DNA from: an uncultured Gemmatimonadales bacterium
GTDB taxonomy: Bacteria; Gemmatimonadota; Gemmatimonadetes; Gemmatimonadales; Gemmatimonadaceae
Direction of reading: 5' to 3'
Assembly: GCA_963701965.1 (NCBI GenBank)
Contig: OY969695.1
Span: 2,336,001-2,400,000 of the forward strand
DNA length: 64,000 bases
Part shown: in pieces, positions 9,502 to 22,969 of the stretch
How positions within the stretch are numbered: the first letter of the stretch is position 1
How the letters are laid out: each line of letters starts with the position of its first letter
Position numbers and translations under genes: made by a program
Notes under the pieces: generated by a model
Told to the model about the DNA's origin: nothing
The model's database searches: none
The model's input: only the letters and a program-made list of their open reading frames with translations

Positions 9502-10664
9502 GCGCGCGCCCGGCGACGCCATGCTCCCACCGCCCCCAGTCCCAGGGCCCAGACGATCCACATGGTCCGCTCGGGCCAGGAGAGCGTGGCGATCATCGTC
9601 CAGGCCACGGCCGGCGCGATCGCCCCGACGGTCTCTGGCCGCGTGCGTTCGATGACGGCGACGGCGTGCCGGCCACGCGTGAGAAGCACGCCGGTGATCG
9701 CCCCCGCCAGCGAGTCGGCCGACATGACGCGCCACCCGGGGATGACGAGGACACTCCACGCCGCCGCCGTCCAGCCGAATCCATGGTTGTCGGACCCCGA
9801 CACGACAGCGAGACCGAGGCTGTCGGCCAGCGCCAGAATGCGGGCGCGGTCCTGATCGATCGCGTCGAGCCCGCGCGGCGCCGCGTCGGACAGCTCGATG
9901 CCCTGCACGCGCGGTCGGCCAACCACCGCATCCAGATGCCCCGGCATGGTCTCGATGATCGGCCGATCGCCCACGTGCGCCGGGTCGCAGTCGCGCCCGC
10001 GGAGAAGCGCGGCCGAATCGACGGCGGTCGCGCCCAGCACCACGACGTGCTCGCGGCCGACGATGCACTCGACTCCGCTTAGCAACACCGTGCCCTCGCC
10101 CGCCTGCCGCGGATTCCGCGACGCGGCCTGGAGCGCTGCCGAGAATCGGCTATGGTCGGTGATGTAGGCCACGTCGAACCCGGCGCGCCGGTGCCACGCC
10201 CGGTTGGCGTCGTCGGTGAACCCCCGGCGCCCGTCGTGTGACGCGTCCGTGTGACTATGGAAATCGACGGCCAGCGCATCGGCGCCGGGGAGGCGCAAGG
10301 CCGCCATGGGACGCGGCATGAATACCCCCAGCGCGTAGATCAGCAGGACCGCCAGGAGCGCGATCAGCGCCGCGCGCACCTCGCCGCCCACGGTCGGCCG
10401 CGAACGGTTGAATCGCCACACGGCGTATAGCAGGGCCACCGTGGCCAGCAGCGCGAGATGCTGCCGCAGCGACAGCAGGGACAGCGCGTCACAGATATTA
10501 TTCAGTGGCGCCAGTGCCAGAAACGCGGGTGACAACGCGAGGCGGGCATCGGCGGGCCTCAGGGTGGCCGCATCGCGCAACGCCGGCTCCGACGCGATCC
10601 CACCGATCAGCACGACGGCGACCATACCAAGCGACGGCAGCCACCCGCGCAGCGGCGAAAGCAT
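9498..10664 (-). CDS. Membrane-anchored PHP-domain metallophosphoesterase-like protein
   Basis: DFHSHT..SHDG, ITDH, GVE and SGSDNHG PHP motifs flanked by TM segments. Start at ATG 10664 (MLSPLRG). Confidence 0.75.
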   Translation of the reverse strand: MLSPLRGWLPSLGMVAVVLIGGIASEPALRDAATLRPADARLALSPAFLALAPLNNICDALSLLSLRQHLALLATVALLYAVWRFNRSRPTVGGEVRAALIALLAVLLIYALGVFMPRPMAALRLPGADALAVDFHSHTDASHDGRRGFTDDANRAWHRRAGFDVAYITDHSRFSAALQAASRNPRQAGEGTVLLSGVECIVGREHVVVLGATAVDSAALLRGRDCDPAHVGDRPIIETMPGHLDAVVGRPRVQGIELSDAAPRGLDAIDQDRARILALADSLGLAVVSGSDNHGFGWTAAAWSVLVIPGWRVMSADSLAGAITGVLLTRGRHAVAVIERTRPETVGAIAPAVAWTMIATLSWPERTMWIVWALGLGAVGAWRRRARA

Positions 10665-10691
10665 GGCTGCAAAATGTATCCCGGTCCCCAA

Positions 10692-12719
10692 ATGGCCAAC
10701 CGACTGGCGCACGAAACGAGTCCGTACCTCCGCCAACACGCCGAAAATCCGGTTGATTGGTATCCCTGGTCTCCGGAGGCATTCGACCGCGCCCGAAAGG
10801 AGGACAAGCCGGTCCTCCTGAGCATCGGCTACGCGGCGTGCCACTGGTGCCACGTGATGGCGCACGAGTCGTTCGAGGATCCGGCCACGGCCGCGATCAT
10901 GAACGACCGCTTCGTGTGCATCAAGGTGGACCGCGAAGAGCGGCCGGATGTCGACGGCATCTACATGCAGGCGGTCCAGGCCATGACCGGTCACGGCGGA
11001 TGGCCGATGACGATGTTCCTGACGCCGGGCGCCGAGCCGTTCTACGGCGGCACGTATTTCCCGCCGCGCGACCGACACGGCCTGCCGGCCTTCAGCCGCG
11101 TACTACAGTCCGTCGCCGACGCCTATCACACGCGGCGCCCCGACGTGGAGCAATCCGCGGGACGCCTGCGGGTCCTCTACGACGCCGCCAGCGCGACGCC
11201 GGAGCCGGGCGCGACGCTCACGCCGGGGACGCTCGACCGGGCCTATCATGGCATTGCCGCCCGGTACGATGCTATCAATGGCGGGTTCGAGGGCGGGCCC
11301 AAGTTTCCGATGGCGATGGCGCTCGACTTTCTCCTGCGCACCTGGCGCCGCACGGAGCGGCGCGAGGCGCTGGAGATGGTCCGCCGGTCGTTCCAGCACA
11401 TGATCCGCGGCGGGATCGCGGACCAGATCGGCGGCGGATTCCATCGCTACACGGTCGACGCGATCTGGCTGGTCCCGCATTTCGAGAAGATGCTGTACGA
11501 CAATGCGCTCCTCGGGCGCCTCGGCGTACATCTCTGGCAAGCCACGCGCGACCCGGAAGTGCGCCAGGCGACCGAACGCACGTTCGATTGGGTCGCACGG
11601 GAAATGACCGATCCGGGCGGCGGCTTCTACGCCAGCCTCGACGCCGACTCGGCGGGTCACGAGGGAACGTTCTACATCTGGACCGCGGGCGAGATCGAGG
11701 CGGCGCTGGGCGCCGCTGCGCCGGCGGTGTCGGCGTACTACGGCGTGACGCCGGGCGGCAATTTCGAGGGCGCCAATATCTTGTCCGTCGTGGACTCCGC
11801 GGCCGCTCCGCGGGAGACCATCGAGCGCGCCCGGGCAACGCTCCTGGCGCGACGCGCGCGGCGCGAGCGCCCCGGGCGGGACGAAAAGATCCTCGCGTCC
11901 TGGAACGGCCTGATGCTGCGCGCGCTGGCCGACGCCGCCCGCGCGTTCGGCCGGGAGGACTATCGCGCGATGGCGATCGCCAACGGCGAATTCCTCGCCC
12001 GCACGATGGTCCGGCCCGACGGCCGCGTCCAACGCTCGCACGCCTTTGGCATCACCAAGATCGACGGCTTTCTCGAGGACCACGCGGCGGTGGCGCTGGG
12101 GTTCATTGGCCTCTATGAGCTCACGTTCGACCGCCGGTGGCTGGACCGGGCCCGCGCCATCGCCGACGCCATCGACCGCGCGTTCTGGGACAGCGCCAAA
12201 CAGCTCTACTTCGATACCGCCCACGACGCGGACCGGCTCATCACGCGGCCCCGCGACATCACGGACAACGCGGTCCCGTCCGGGACGTCGCTGGTGGCCA
12301 CTCTGCTGCTGCATCTCGCCGACCTGACGGGCGACCACGCCGCGCGCGTCCGCGCCGACGGGATTCTGGCCGGACTCGCCGAGCCCATGGCGCTCCATGG
12401 CCCAGCCTTCGGCTGGCTCCTCGGCGCCGCTGACGCGGCGCTCAATGGCTCGGTGCAGGTCGCCCTGGTCGGCGACCCGCCGGCGTCAGCGTTTCGAGAG
12501 CTCGAAGCGGCGGTGGCGAACCTCTATGTGCCAGCGCTGGTGCTCGCGGGCGGGCCGCCCGGTGGCGAGACGGGGATCGCGCTACTCGACGGCCGTCCGT
12601 CGATCGACGGCCGCGCCACCGCGTACGTGTGCCACGGCTACGTGTGCGACCGCCCGGTGACCGATGCCGGCGCGCTCGTGGCGAACATCACGGAGAGGGT
12701 CCGGAGCGTCCATGGCTGA
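10692..12719 (+). CDS. Thioredoxin-domain protein, YyaL/DUF255 family
   Basis: [37 protein letters not shown] and [12 protein letters not shown]. Confidence 0.92.
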   Translation: MANRLAHETSPYLRQHAENPVDWYPWSPEAFDRARKEDKPVLLSIGYAACHWCHVMAHESFEDPATAAIMNDRFVCIKVDREERPDVDGIYMQAVQAMTGHGGWPMTMFLTPGAEPFYGGTYFPPRDRHGLPAFSRVLQSVADAYHTRRPDVEQSAGRLRVLYDAASATPEPGATLTPGTLDRAYHGIAARYDAINGGFEGGPKFPMAMALDFLLRTWRRTERREALEMVRRSFQHMIRGGIADQIGGGFHRYTVDAIWLVPHFEKMLYDNALLGRLGVHLWQATRDPEVRQATERTFDWVAREMTDPGGGFYASLDADSAGHEGTFYIWTAGEIEAALGAAAPAVSAYYGVTPGGNFEGANILSVVDSAAAPRETIERARATLLARRARRERPGRDEKILASWNGLMLRALADAARAFGREDYRAMAIANGEFLARTMVRPDGRVQRSHAFGITKIDGFLEDHAAVALGFIGLYELTFDRRWLDRARAIADAIDRAFWDSAKQLYFDTAHDADRLITRPRDITDNAVPSGTSLVATLLLHLADLTGDHAARVRADGILAGLAEPMALHGPAFGWLLGAADAALNGSVQVALVGDPPASAFRELEAAVANLYVPALVLAGGPPGGETGIALLDGRPSIDGRATAYVCHGYVCDRPVTDAGALVANITERVRSVHG

Positions 12720-14520
12720 CCAGAAGCCGTCGTTCGTGAGGGGAATATTCTCGGGCGCGATCCACGAGTCGCTGCTCTTTCCGTACCCCGCGCCGCTCGA
12801 GGCCCGCGATCCCGCGGAAGCGCGGGTGGTCCAACGACTCCTCGCGGCGCTCCGCGAGATGCAGCGTTCGGGCCTCGTGGACTCGGCGCGCTTCGACGAG
12901 GATGAGACGATACCCGAGGATGTGATCCGGGCCTTCGCCGAGGTCGGACTGCTCGGCCTGACGATACCCAAGGCCTACGGCGGCCTTGGGCTCTCGGCCA
13001 CGGCCTACGCCCGCGTGTTCGCCACGCTCTCCCAGGTCGACGCGTCCCTCGCGGTGCTCGTCGGCGTGCATTGCGGGCTGGGCTCCAAGGCGATCGTGCT
13101 CTTTGGCAACGACGAGCAAAAGGCGCGCTATCTCCCGATGCTGGCCCGGGGCGAGACGCTGGCGGCTTACGCGCTGACCGAGCCGGAGACGGGCTCCGAT
13201 GCGCAGAACATCAAGACCACCGCCCGCCCGTCCGCCGATCGGTCGCACTGGGTGCTCAACGGGCACAAGCTGTGGATCGGCAACGGCCATCGCGCCGGCG
13301 TCATTGCCACCTTCGCCCGCACGGCGGTCGAACGCCGTGGCGAGACGGTCGAACGACCGACGGCGTTTATCATCCGCCCCGACATGCCGGGGTTCCGCGT
13401 GGTGACGACGATCCGGAAGCTGGGGATCCGCGGCTCGACACAGGCCGAGCTGGCCTACGAAAATCTTCAGGTGCCGGCCGACCACGTGCTCGGCAACATC
13501 GGGAAAGGGTTCGCCGTCGCGGTCAACGTATTGAACGGCGGCCGGCTGTCGCTGGGCGCCGGATGCGTCGGCGGCACGAAGCGCATCGTGGGCGCGATGA
13601 CGGCGTACGCGTCGTCGCGCGTGCAGTTCGGTCATCCGCTGGCGGACTTCGAGATCACGCAACGGAAGATCGCCGAGCTGGCGGCGGACGCGTACGCCGC
13701 CGATGCCATGCTCGGGCTGCTCTCGGCGACGATCGACCGCGCGGACGCCGACTACGCGCTGGAAGCGGCGTGTCTCAAGGTGTTCGCCAGCGAGCTGATT
13801 TGGCGGGCGTCGGACGAGATGGTGCAAGTCGCCGGCGGGCGGGGGTTCGTGAAGCCGTATCCGTACGAGCGGCTGCTGCGCGACGCGCGCATCAACCGGA
13901 TCTTCGAGGGCGCCAACGAGATTCTCCGGCTCTTCATCGCGCTCAACGGCCTCCAGGGACCGGCCGAGCGACTCAAGGAAGTGGGGACGGCGCTGCGCCG
14001 GCCCATTCGCCACTTCGGGCTGCTCTCCGGTTACATGACGTCGCGGGTGTCGAGTATCCTCGGCGGCGGGCCCGACCTGGCGGCCGCGGTCCATCCGGCG
14101 CTGGCCGAGCACAAGCGCTACCTGGAGAAACACATCGCCGAGTTGGCGACGGAAACCGGGCGCGCGATCACCAAGTACCGGCGGGCGATCACCGATCGGC
14201 AGCTCGTGCTGGAGCGACTGGCCAACATCGCGATCGATCTGTACGCGACGGCGGCGACGATCGCGCGGACGCAGGACCTGATCGATCGGCACGGGGCCGA
14301 CGGCGCGCGCCGGGAGATCGTGATGTGCGATCTCTTCTGCGTGACGGCCGGACGGCGCATCCGCCAGAACCGGTTGGCGCTCTCCGGCCGCGAAGACGAA
14401 GTCGATGACGCGCGGCGGGCGATCGCCGCCGCCGTCAGGTCGGCCGAGGGCTACTTTGTGGCGGACGCAGTGCTGGATGAGCATGTTCCGGCGCCGGAGC
14501 GGACTTCGGGCGCGGCTTGA
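12712..14520 (+). CDS. Acyl-CoA dehydrogenase (long, VLCAD-like)
   Basis: [29 protein letters not shown] and [15 protein letters not shown], plus a C-terminal extension. Confidence 0.92.
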   Translation: MADQKPSFVRGIFSGAIHESLLFPYPAPLEARDPAEARVVQRLLAALREMQRSGLVDSARFDEDETIPEDVIRAFAEVGLLGLTIPKAYGGLGLSATAYARVFATLSQVDASLAVLVGVHCGLGSKAIVLFGNDEQKARYLPMLARGETLAAYALTEPETGSDAQNIKTTARPSADRSHWVLNGHKLWIGNGHRAGVIATFARTAVERRGETVERPTAFIIRPDMPGFRVVTTIRKLGIRGSTQAELAYENLQVPADHVLGNIGKGFAVAVNVLNGGRLSLGAGCVGGTKRIVGAMTAYASSRVQFGHPLADFEITQRKIAELAADAYAADAMLGLLSATIDRADADYALEAACLKVFASELIWRASDEMVQVAGGRGFVKPYPYERLLRDARINRIFEGANEILRLFIALNGLQGPAERLKEVGTALRRPIRHFGLLSGYMTSRVSSILGGGPDLAAAVHPALAEHKRYLEKHIAELATETGRAITKYRRAITDRQLVLERLANIAIDLYATAATIARTQDLIDRHGADGARREIVMCDLFCVTAGRRIRQNRLALSGREDEVDDARRAIAAAVRSAEGYFVADAVLDEHVPAPERTSGAA

Positions 14521-15400
14521 TCGTGAGAATCATCACGGCGCTGACGATGACGGCCACCGCTACCAAGGTCCCACCCGTGATCGATTCGCCGGCGATCAGC
14601 CAGCCGACGAGCACAGCGATTACCGGATTGACGTACGCGTACGTGGCGAGTTTGGCGGGAGTCGTCGCGGTCACGAGGTAGGTGTAGGCCGAGTACCCCA
14701 CGATCGAGCCCAGCGTGATCAGGTACGTGAGGCCGATGAGCGACGCACCGGAGACGGCGGCGGGGTGGAATCGGGCGCCTTCGCCGAGTGCCAGTCCCAC
14801 GATGAGACACGCAATGCCTCCGGTCAGCATCTCCATCCCCGTGGTCACCAGGAGCGATTTCGGGAGATCGAGGCGCCGGCCGATGAGCGTCCCGCAGGAC
14901 CACGAGATCGCCGCGATCGTGATCAGGATCGCGCTGCCCGCACTGACGCCGCCGCCCGTGGGACGGACGAGGAGCCCGACGCCAAAGAGCCCGAGTGCGA
15001 TGCCGAGCCACGCCCGCGGCCCGGGACGCGTGCCGCCGCTCAGCCAGTCGATCACGACCAACCACAGCGGCACCGTCGCCACGATCAGCGCCGCCAAGCC
15101 CAATGGCACGCGCTGCTCGGCCACCGAGACCAGACCAATGCCCAAGAGCAGGAGCATGACCCCGCACACACTGGCGTTGCGCCACTGCCGCCAGGTCGGC
15201 ACCGCGCCTCCGCGGAGCCGGGTCCAGGCGTAGAGGATCGTGCCCGCCGTGACGAATCGCATCCCGACCATGAGAAACGGGGGGATGGTCTGGATCGCGT
15301 AGCGGATCGACAAGTACGTCGACCCCCAGATCAGATAGACCAGACCAAACGCGATCAGGATGTTGAGCCGGCGCGACCGGTCGTTGGTCTCAGGCATCAT
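14435..15400 (-). CDS. EamA/DMT family transporter (YedA-like)
   Basis: LVYLIWGSTYLSIR and YAYVNPVIAV, about 10 TM segments. Confidence 0.9.
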   Translation of the reverse strand: MMPETNDRSRRLNILIAFGLVYLIWGSTYLSIRYAIQTIPPFLMVGMRFVTAGTILYAWTRLRGGAVPTWRQWRNASVCGVMLLLLGIGLVSVAEQRVPLGLAALIVATVPLWLVVIDWLSGGTRPGPRAWLGIALGLFGVGLLVRPTGGGVSAGSAILITIAAISWSCGTLIGRRLDLPKSLLVTTGMEMLTGGIACLIVGLALGEGARFHPAAVSGASLIGLTYLITLGSIVGYSAYTYLVTATTPAKLATYAYVNPVIAVLVGWLIAGESITGGTLVAVAVIVSAVMILTIKPRPKSAPAPEHAHPALRPPQSSPRPT

Positions 15401-15851
15401 GCGCCTCCACCGGAATCGCGGCGGTCTCTTTGACCGTGCTCAGGACGATCGTGGTGCGCGTCGACCGCACGGTCTCAATGGCGCCGATGCGCTCGCGGAG
15501 GAGAAACTGCAGCGCCTCGGTATTGGCGGTGCGCACCTTCACGAGAAAGCAGTCTTCGCCCGCCACGTGATGGACCTCCTGGACCTCCGGCATCGCCGAC
15601 AGCGCCCGCTCGGTCATCGGGTGCGCGAGCCGCTCGTCGGTGCGGACGAACACGAACGCCAGGAGGCCCATGTCGAGCGCCTTGGCGTCGAGGCGGGCCG
15701 CATATCCGTGGATCACGCCGCGCTCCTCGAGCTTCCGCACGCGCTCGAGGACGGCCGACGGGGCCATGCCCACCTGCCGCGCCAGCTCGGCATTGGTGGT
15801 CCGGGCTTCCGCCTGGAGGGCTATCAGGATCCTGCGGTCAATGTCGTCCAT
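15390..15851 (-). CDS. Lrp/AsnC family regulator
   Basis: MDDIDRRIL..LQ.EARTTNAELARQVG...ERVRKLEERGVI and HHVAGEDCFLVKV. Confidence 0.93.
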   Translation of the reverse strand: MDDIDRRILIALQAEARTTNAELARQVGMAPSAVLERVRKLEERGVIHGYAARLDAKALDMGLLAFVFVRTDERLAHPMTERALSAMPEVQEVHHVAGEDCFLVKVRTANTEALQFLLRERIGAIETVRSTRTTIVLSTVKETAAIPVEAHDA

Positions 15852-15860
15852 ACGCGTCGA

Positions 15861-15892
15861 ATATTCTGTGATAGGACTAGATCACAGAATAT
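15861..15892. promoter_or_regulatory. Perfect 12-bp inverted repeat upstream of the lrp-like gene
   Basis: ATATTCTGTGAT-aggactag-ATCACAGAATAT. Confidence 0.65.
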
Positions 15893-15912
15893 AGTTCCAA
15901 TTACGGCCCTGT

Positions 15913-16920
<1,008 letters not shown>

Positions 16921-16928
16921 TGGTATGG

Positions 16929-17879
16929 CTAGTCGAAATCGAGGGCCAGATCGAGCGCCGGCGGCGAATGCGTCAGCGACCCCGCCGAAATCCAGTCCAC
17001 GCCCGTCTCGGCGATCGCGCGCACATTCTCCAGCCGGACGCGGCCCGAGGCCTCGACGGTCGCGCGATGATCGACGAGACGCACGCAGTCGGCGAGATGC
17101 GCGGGCGTCATGTTGTCGCACAAAATGATGTCGGCATTCGCTTCCAGCGCCGCGGCAACTTGCTCGATGGTCTCGCACTCGACTTCGATGCGCGCGTTGG
17201 GCGGCGCCACCTCGCGCGCACGCTGCACCGCGAGCTGGACGTTCCCATCGAGCGCGGCCAGGTGATTGTCCTTGATGAGCACCGAGCTCGCCAGATCCAT
17301 GCGATGGTTCATGCCGCCGCCGCACCGCACCGCGTACTTCTCCAGGCGCCGCCACCCCGGCGTCGTCTTCCGGGTATCGACGATCTTGGCATGCGTCCCG
17401 CGCACCGCGTCGACGAACCGCGCGGTGAGCGTCGCCACGCCCGACAGGTGCTGCATGAAGTTGAGCGCGACACGCTCGGCCGACAGCAATCCGCGCGCGT
17501 GGCCGCTCAAGAAAATCACCGGCGTGCCCGCGACGACGTGGCCGCCGTCCTCGACGTCGACCCGCATTGTGACCTTGGGGTTCAGCAGCCGAAACGCTTC
17601 CAGCGCCAAGGGAACGCCGGCGACGACGCCGGCGCGGCGGGCCACGACCATGGCCCGGGCCCGGCGGCTCGACACGACGGTGGCCACGGTCGTGATGTCG
17701 TGGAACGCGCCGTCTTCCTCGAGCGCCTGCCGCACGACGGCCGTCAGGGCGTCCTGATGCAGCGGAAACGCCAACCGTCCTTCGTCGGCGCCCAGGGCCG
17801 GCAACTCGCTCGGCGTGATCGTGCGGGGGCGCGACAGGCGCCGGTCGGCGCCGCCGTATGGCTGCTGCATTTCGGTCAT
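16929..17879 (-). CDS. nadC: Nicotinate-nucleotide pyrophosphorylase (carboxylating)
   Basis: ERVALNF, DTRKTTPG, HRMDL..LIKDNH, EVEC and EASG. GGAGGAG RBS before ATG 17879. Confidence 0.95.
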   Translation of the reverse strand: MTEMQQPYGGADRRLSRPRTITPSELPALGADEGRLAFPLHQDALTAVVRQALEEDGAFHDITTVATVVSSRRARAMVVARRAGVVAGVPLALEAFRLLNPKVTMRVDVEDGGHVVAGTPVIFLSGHARGLLSAERVALNFMQHLSGVATLTARFVDAVRGTHAKIVDTRKTTPGWRRLEKYAVRCGGGMNHRMDLASSVLIKDNHLAALDGNVQLAVQRAREVAPPNARIEVECETIEQVAAALEANADIILCDNMTPAHLADCVRLVDHRATVEASGRVRLENVRAIAETGVDWISAGSLTHSPPALDLALDFD

Positions 17880-17919
17880 CAGCTCCTCCGGTGGGCGCCG
17901 AGTCGACCGGAGCGCCGGC

Positions 17920-18935
<1,016 letters not shown>

Positions 18936-18939
<4 letters not shown>

Positions 18940-20453
18940 CACTCGATGTGCCGATGGCGCCATTTGTCCTTGGCACGGGGGAAGTCGGCCCGATAGTGGC
19001 CGCCCCGCGATTCCTTGCGTAACAGGGCCGCCTCGGCGATGAGGAGAGCCGTGTCGACCATGTTGGCTTCTTCGGTCGCGCCGTCGGGGAGCCGCTGCCC
19101 GATCTCGGTGAGCTGGTCGACCGCCGAGCGGAGCCCCTTGGCTGTCCGGGCGATGCCGGCGTGCTCCCACATGACGGAGCGCACCCGGTCGGCCGCGACT
19201 TGGGCGGCGCCCCGATCGGTCAACTGGGGAACACTCCACATCACGGCGGGCGAGGGATCCTGACTCGGCGTCACCGTCGCCAGGTCGCGGGCCACCCGCT
19301 CGGCGAACACGAGCCCTTCCAGGAGCGAGTTCGATGCCAACCGGTTGGCCCCGTGGACTCCCGTGCGCGAGACCTCGCCGCAGGCGTACAAACGGTCGAG
19401 GGTGCTCCGTCCCTGCAGATCGACCACGACGCCGCCCATCATGTAGTGGGCGGCCGGCGTCACGGGGATGAGATCGGTCCTGGGGTCGATGCCGCGGGCG
19501 TGGCAAATGGCGAAAATGCCGGGAAAGCGGGTGTCGAAATCGGTGATCTTTCTGGCGTCGAGACGCACGGCCCCGGTCGCTTGGCGCTCCCGAAAGATCT
19601 CGCGCGCGACGACGTCGCGGGGCGCCAGCTCGGCCAGCCGATGCCGCTCGGGCATGAACCTGACGCCGTCGCCGTTGAGCAGGATGGCGCCATCGCCCCG
19701 CACGGCCTCGGAGATGAGCGCCAACGGGTTTTCGGGCGTATCCAGCGCCGTCGGGTGGAACTGCACGAACTCCATGTCGGCCAGTCGCGCCCCGGCGCGA
19801 TGGGCGATGGCGTACCCGTCGCCCGTGGCGACCTGGGGATTGGTGGTGTATCGGTACACTTGCCCGCACCCGCCCGTGGCCAGGACCGTGGCGTCGGCCA
19901 CGATCTCGACGGGACGCCCCGCCACGCTGGCCCGCACGCCGAAGCACACGCCGCCTTCGACGATCAGCTCCAATACGCGCGCGGTCTCCAGCACCGTGAT
20001 GCGCGGATTCTCGCGCACGCGCCCGGCGAGGGTCCGCGCGACCTCGGCGCCGGTCTGATCGCCGTGGGCGTGGACGATGCGCCGCCGCGAGTGGGCCGCT
20101 TCTTTCCCGAGCTTGAACCGCCCGTCTTCCTGCACATCGAAGTCGGCGCCGGCCCGATACAGGTCGCGCACCCGCGCGGGCCCTTCGTCGACCAGCACCC
20201 GGACGGCATCGGCATCACACAGCGCGGCACCGGCGGCCAACGTGTCGCGCCAATGCAGTGACGGCGAGTCCCCCGCGCCCAGCGCCGCGGCAATCCCGCC
20301 CTGCGCATACGATGTCGCCGAATCGAACAGCGATCGCTTGGTCAAGACGATGACATCATCCCGCTCGGCCGCGCGCCACGCCGTATGCAACCCCGCCACA
20401 CCGCTCCCGACCACCAGAAACCGGGTCCTGATCCGTTCGGGCGCTCCGTTCAT
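18936..20453 (-). CDS. nadB: L-aspartate oxidase
   Basis: [45 protein letters not shown] and ESRGGHYR. Confidence 0.95.
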
Positions 20454-20473
20454 GCTTGAATTATAATCGTGTG
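20454..20473. promoter_or_regulatory. Bidirectional leaderless promoter (palindromic -10)
   Basis: ATTATAAT (20460-20467) gives TATAAT on both strands, each 6 nt from a start codon (nadB ATG 20453, BMP GTG 20474). Confidence 0.7.
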
Positions 20474-21493
20474 GTGCGCGCCCTGGCCGCGTCGGTCGCC
20501 GCTCTGCTCATCGTCCATTTCGCCCTAGCGCTCGGCATCGCACGGGGGCATCCGCGCGGTGTGCCGGTGGGCGACAAAGCGACCGTTGGCGTCGTGCTCG
20601 ACATCGGCGGGCGGGGCGACAAGAGCTTCAACGATGGCGCGTTCGCCGGCGGCGACCGGGCCATGAAGACCCTGGGCGTCGGGGTGCGGTACATCGAGCC
20701 CGGCGATGGATCGGACCGGGAAGCCGGACTTCGGTTGTTCACGGCCGAGGGGATGCGGCTCGTCATCGGCGTCGGATTTATTTTCTCCGATGACCTGACG
20801 GGATTGGCGCGAGAGTACCCGCGGACGGCGTTCGCCGGCATCGACTTCGCGGTATCCGGACCCGTGCCGGACAACCTCGCCGCGATTCGCTTTCGGGAAG
20901 AAGAAGGTTCCTACCTCGTCGGCGCGATCGCCGCGCTGGCCGGCGGCTCCAAGCGTGTCGGGTTCGTCGGGGGGATGGACATCCCGCTCATTCACAAGTT
21001 CGAGGCCGGCTATCGCGCCGGCGTCGCCCGCGTCTGCCCGGACTGTACCGTGGTCGTGCAGTACGCCGGCGCCACGCCGGAGGCGTTTCGCGACGCGCCC
21101 CGCGGCAAGGCCCTCGCCTTGAGCCAGTATCAGTCCGGCGTCAACGTGATCTTCCAGGCCGCGGGCGCGACCGGGCTCGGCGTGTTCGAAGCCGCGCGCG
21201 AGACCGGAAAGTTGGTCATCGGCACCGACGCCGATCAGTACGCCGAAGCGCCGGGGCACGTGCTCACATCAATGGTCAAGCACGTCGACGTCGCCACGTA
21301 CGATGTCATCCGGCAGGTGCGCGACGGCACCTTTCACGGCGGCGTGCCCTCCTACGGACTGGCCGACGGCGGCATTGGCTACGTCTATGACGCGCGGAAC
21401 CGTGCGATGATCCCCGACCGCGTGCACGCCCGCGTCGACTCGCTGGCCGCCGACATTATCGCCGGCCGGATTCGCGTGCCCTCGACCCGCTAG
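20474..21493 (+). CDS. BMP family ABC transporter substrate-binding protein (nucleoside-type)
   Basis: GGRGDKSFND, FREEEGSYLVG, GFVGGMDIPLIHKFEAGY and LTSMVK. Start could be 20471 or 20474. Confidence 0.9.
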   Translation: MRALAASVAALLIVHFALALGIARGHPRGVPVGDKATVGVVLDIGGRGDKSFNDGAFAGGDRAMKTLGVGVRYIEPGDGSDREAGLRLFTAEGMRLVIGVGFIFSDDLTGLAREYPRTAFAGIDFAVSGPVPDNLAAIRFREEEGSYLVGAIAALAGGSKRVGFVGGMDIPLIHKFEAGYRAGVARVCPDCTVVVQYAGATPEAFRDAPRGKALALSQYQSGVNVIFQAAGATGLGVFEAARETGKLVIGTDADQYAEAPGHVLTSMVKHVDVATYDVIRQVRDGTFHGGVPSYGLADGGIGYVYDARNRAMIPDRVHARVDSLAADIIAGRIRVPSTR

Positions 21494-22968
21494 TGCTCGC
21501 ACTCACCGGCATTCACAAGTCGTTCGGCGCCGTCGTCGCCAACCGGGGCGCATCACTCGACGTGCGCGCCGGCGAGATCCACGCCGTGGTGGGCGAGAAC
21601 GGCGCCGGCAAGACGACGCTCCTGCGGATCGCCTGCGGCGAGCTCGCGCCCGACGCCGGCACCGTGCGCTTCGGCGGGCGCGACGTCACCGGGTGGAACG
21701 TCTCGCAGGCGATCACCGCCGGCCTGGGGTTGGTGCATCAGCACTTCATGCTCGTGCCGCCCCTGACCGTCGCCGAGAACATCGTTTTGGGCCGCGAGCC
21801 CCGCGCCGGGCCGGCGCTCCAGCTGCGCCGCGCCGCGCGCGATGTGCGGGCGCTGAGCGAGCGCACCGGCCTGGCCGTCGATCCACGGCGTCGCGTCGAA
21901 GACCTGTCGGTGGGCGAGGCCCAGCGCGTCGAGATCCTCAAGGCGCTGTATCGCGGCGCCAACGTGCTGGCGCTCGACGAGCCGACCGCCGTGCTCTCCC
22001 CGATGGAAGTCGCCCAACTGTGGACCGTGTTGCGCGCGCTCCGGGCGGAGGGCGGGACCGTCGTGCTCATCACCCACAAGCTCGACGAAGTCATGGCCAT
22101 CGCCGACGCCGTCACCGTCCTGCGCGCCGGCGAGACCGTTGCCCGCTACGCGACGTCGGAGACCAACGCCGGCGCGCTGGCGCGTGCGATGGTGGGCCGG
22201 GAACCCACCGCTTTTCTCGCTCCCGCCGGCCCGACGACCGCGACCGCGCCGGTACTCGCGGTGAAAGATCTGACCGTACCGGGTGCGGTCGACCGTGTCA
22301 GCTTCACGGTCGCGGCCGGCGAGATCTTCGGCATCGCGGGAGTCGAAGGCAACGGTCAACGCGAGTTGATCGAGGCGATCGCCGGCTATCGGCGGTCTAC
22401 CGGGAGCATCGCGTTGGCCGACGTCCCCATCGAGCGGGAAAGCGTGCGGCGGCGCGGCGCCCTCGGGCTCGCGCACATTCCGGACGACCGGCATCGGCGC
22501 GGCCTGGTGTTGGACTATACTGTCGCCGAGAACCTCATCCTGGGGCGTGAGGAGGCCTTCGGCCGGTGGCGGCTCGATCGCGCCGCCGTCCAGCGGCACG
22601 CCGAGCGGTTGATTGGATCATTCGATATCCGGCCGGGTGATCCCCGCCGGATGGCGCGCACCCTCTCCGGCGGCAATCAGCAGAAGATCGTCGTGGCCCG
22701 GGAGATGGCCGGCGTTCGCGACTTCGCCGTGTTGTTGGCCGCGCAACCGACGCGCGGCGTCGACATCGGCGCCATCGAGACGATCCACTCACATCTCCGC
22801 CTGGCTCGGGCCGAAGGCCGGGCCATCGTACTCGTCTCCGTGGAGCTGAGCGAGCTGCTGGCGCTCGCCGACCGCATCGCCGTCATGCTGCGCGGAAAAT
22901 TCGTCGCCATCATCGGCCGCCCCGAGGCCGACGTCGGCATCCTCGGCCGCTATATGGCCGGCGCTTGA
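21493..22968 (+). CDS. Nucleoside/sugar ABC transporter ATP-binding protein (two domains)
   Basis: GENGAGKTT, LDEPTAVL, LSGGNQQK and QPTRGVD. Confidence 0.93.
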   Translation: MLALTGIHKSFGAVVANRGASLDVRAGEIHAVVGENGAGKTTLLRIACGELAPDAGTVRFGGRDVTGWNVSQAITAGLGLVHQHFMLVPPLTVAENIVLGREPRAGPALQLRRAARDVRALSERTGLAVDPRRRVEDLSVGEAQRVEILKALYRGANVLALDEPTAVLSPMEVAQLWTVLRALRAEGGTVVLITHKLDEVMAIADAVTVLRAGETVARYATSETNAGALARAMVGREPTAFLAPAGPTTATAPVLAVKDLTVPGAVDRVSFTVAAGEIFGIAGVEGNGQRELIEAIAGYRRSTGSIALADVPIERESVRRRGALGLAHIPDDRHRRGLVLDYTVAENLILGREEAFGRWRLDRAAVQRHAERLIGSFDIRPGDPRRMARTLSGGNQQKIVVAREMAGVRDFAVLLAAQPTRGVDIGAIETIHSHLRLARAEGRAIVLVSVELSELLALADRIAVMLRGKFVAIIGRPEADVGILGRYMAGA

Positions 22969-22969
22969 G

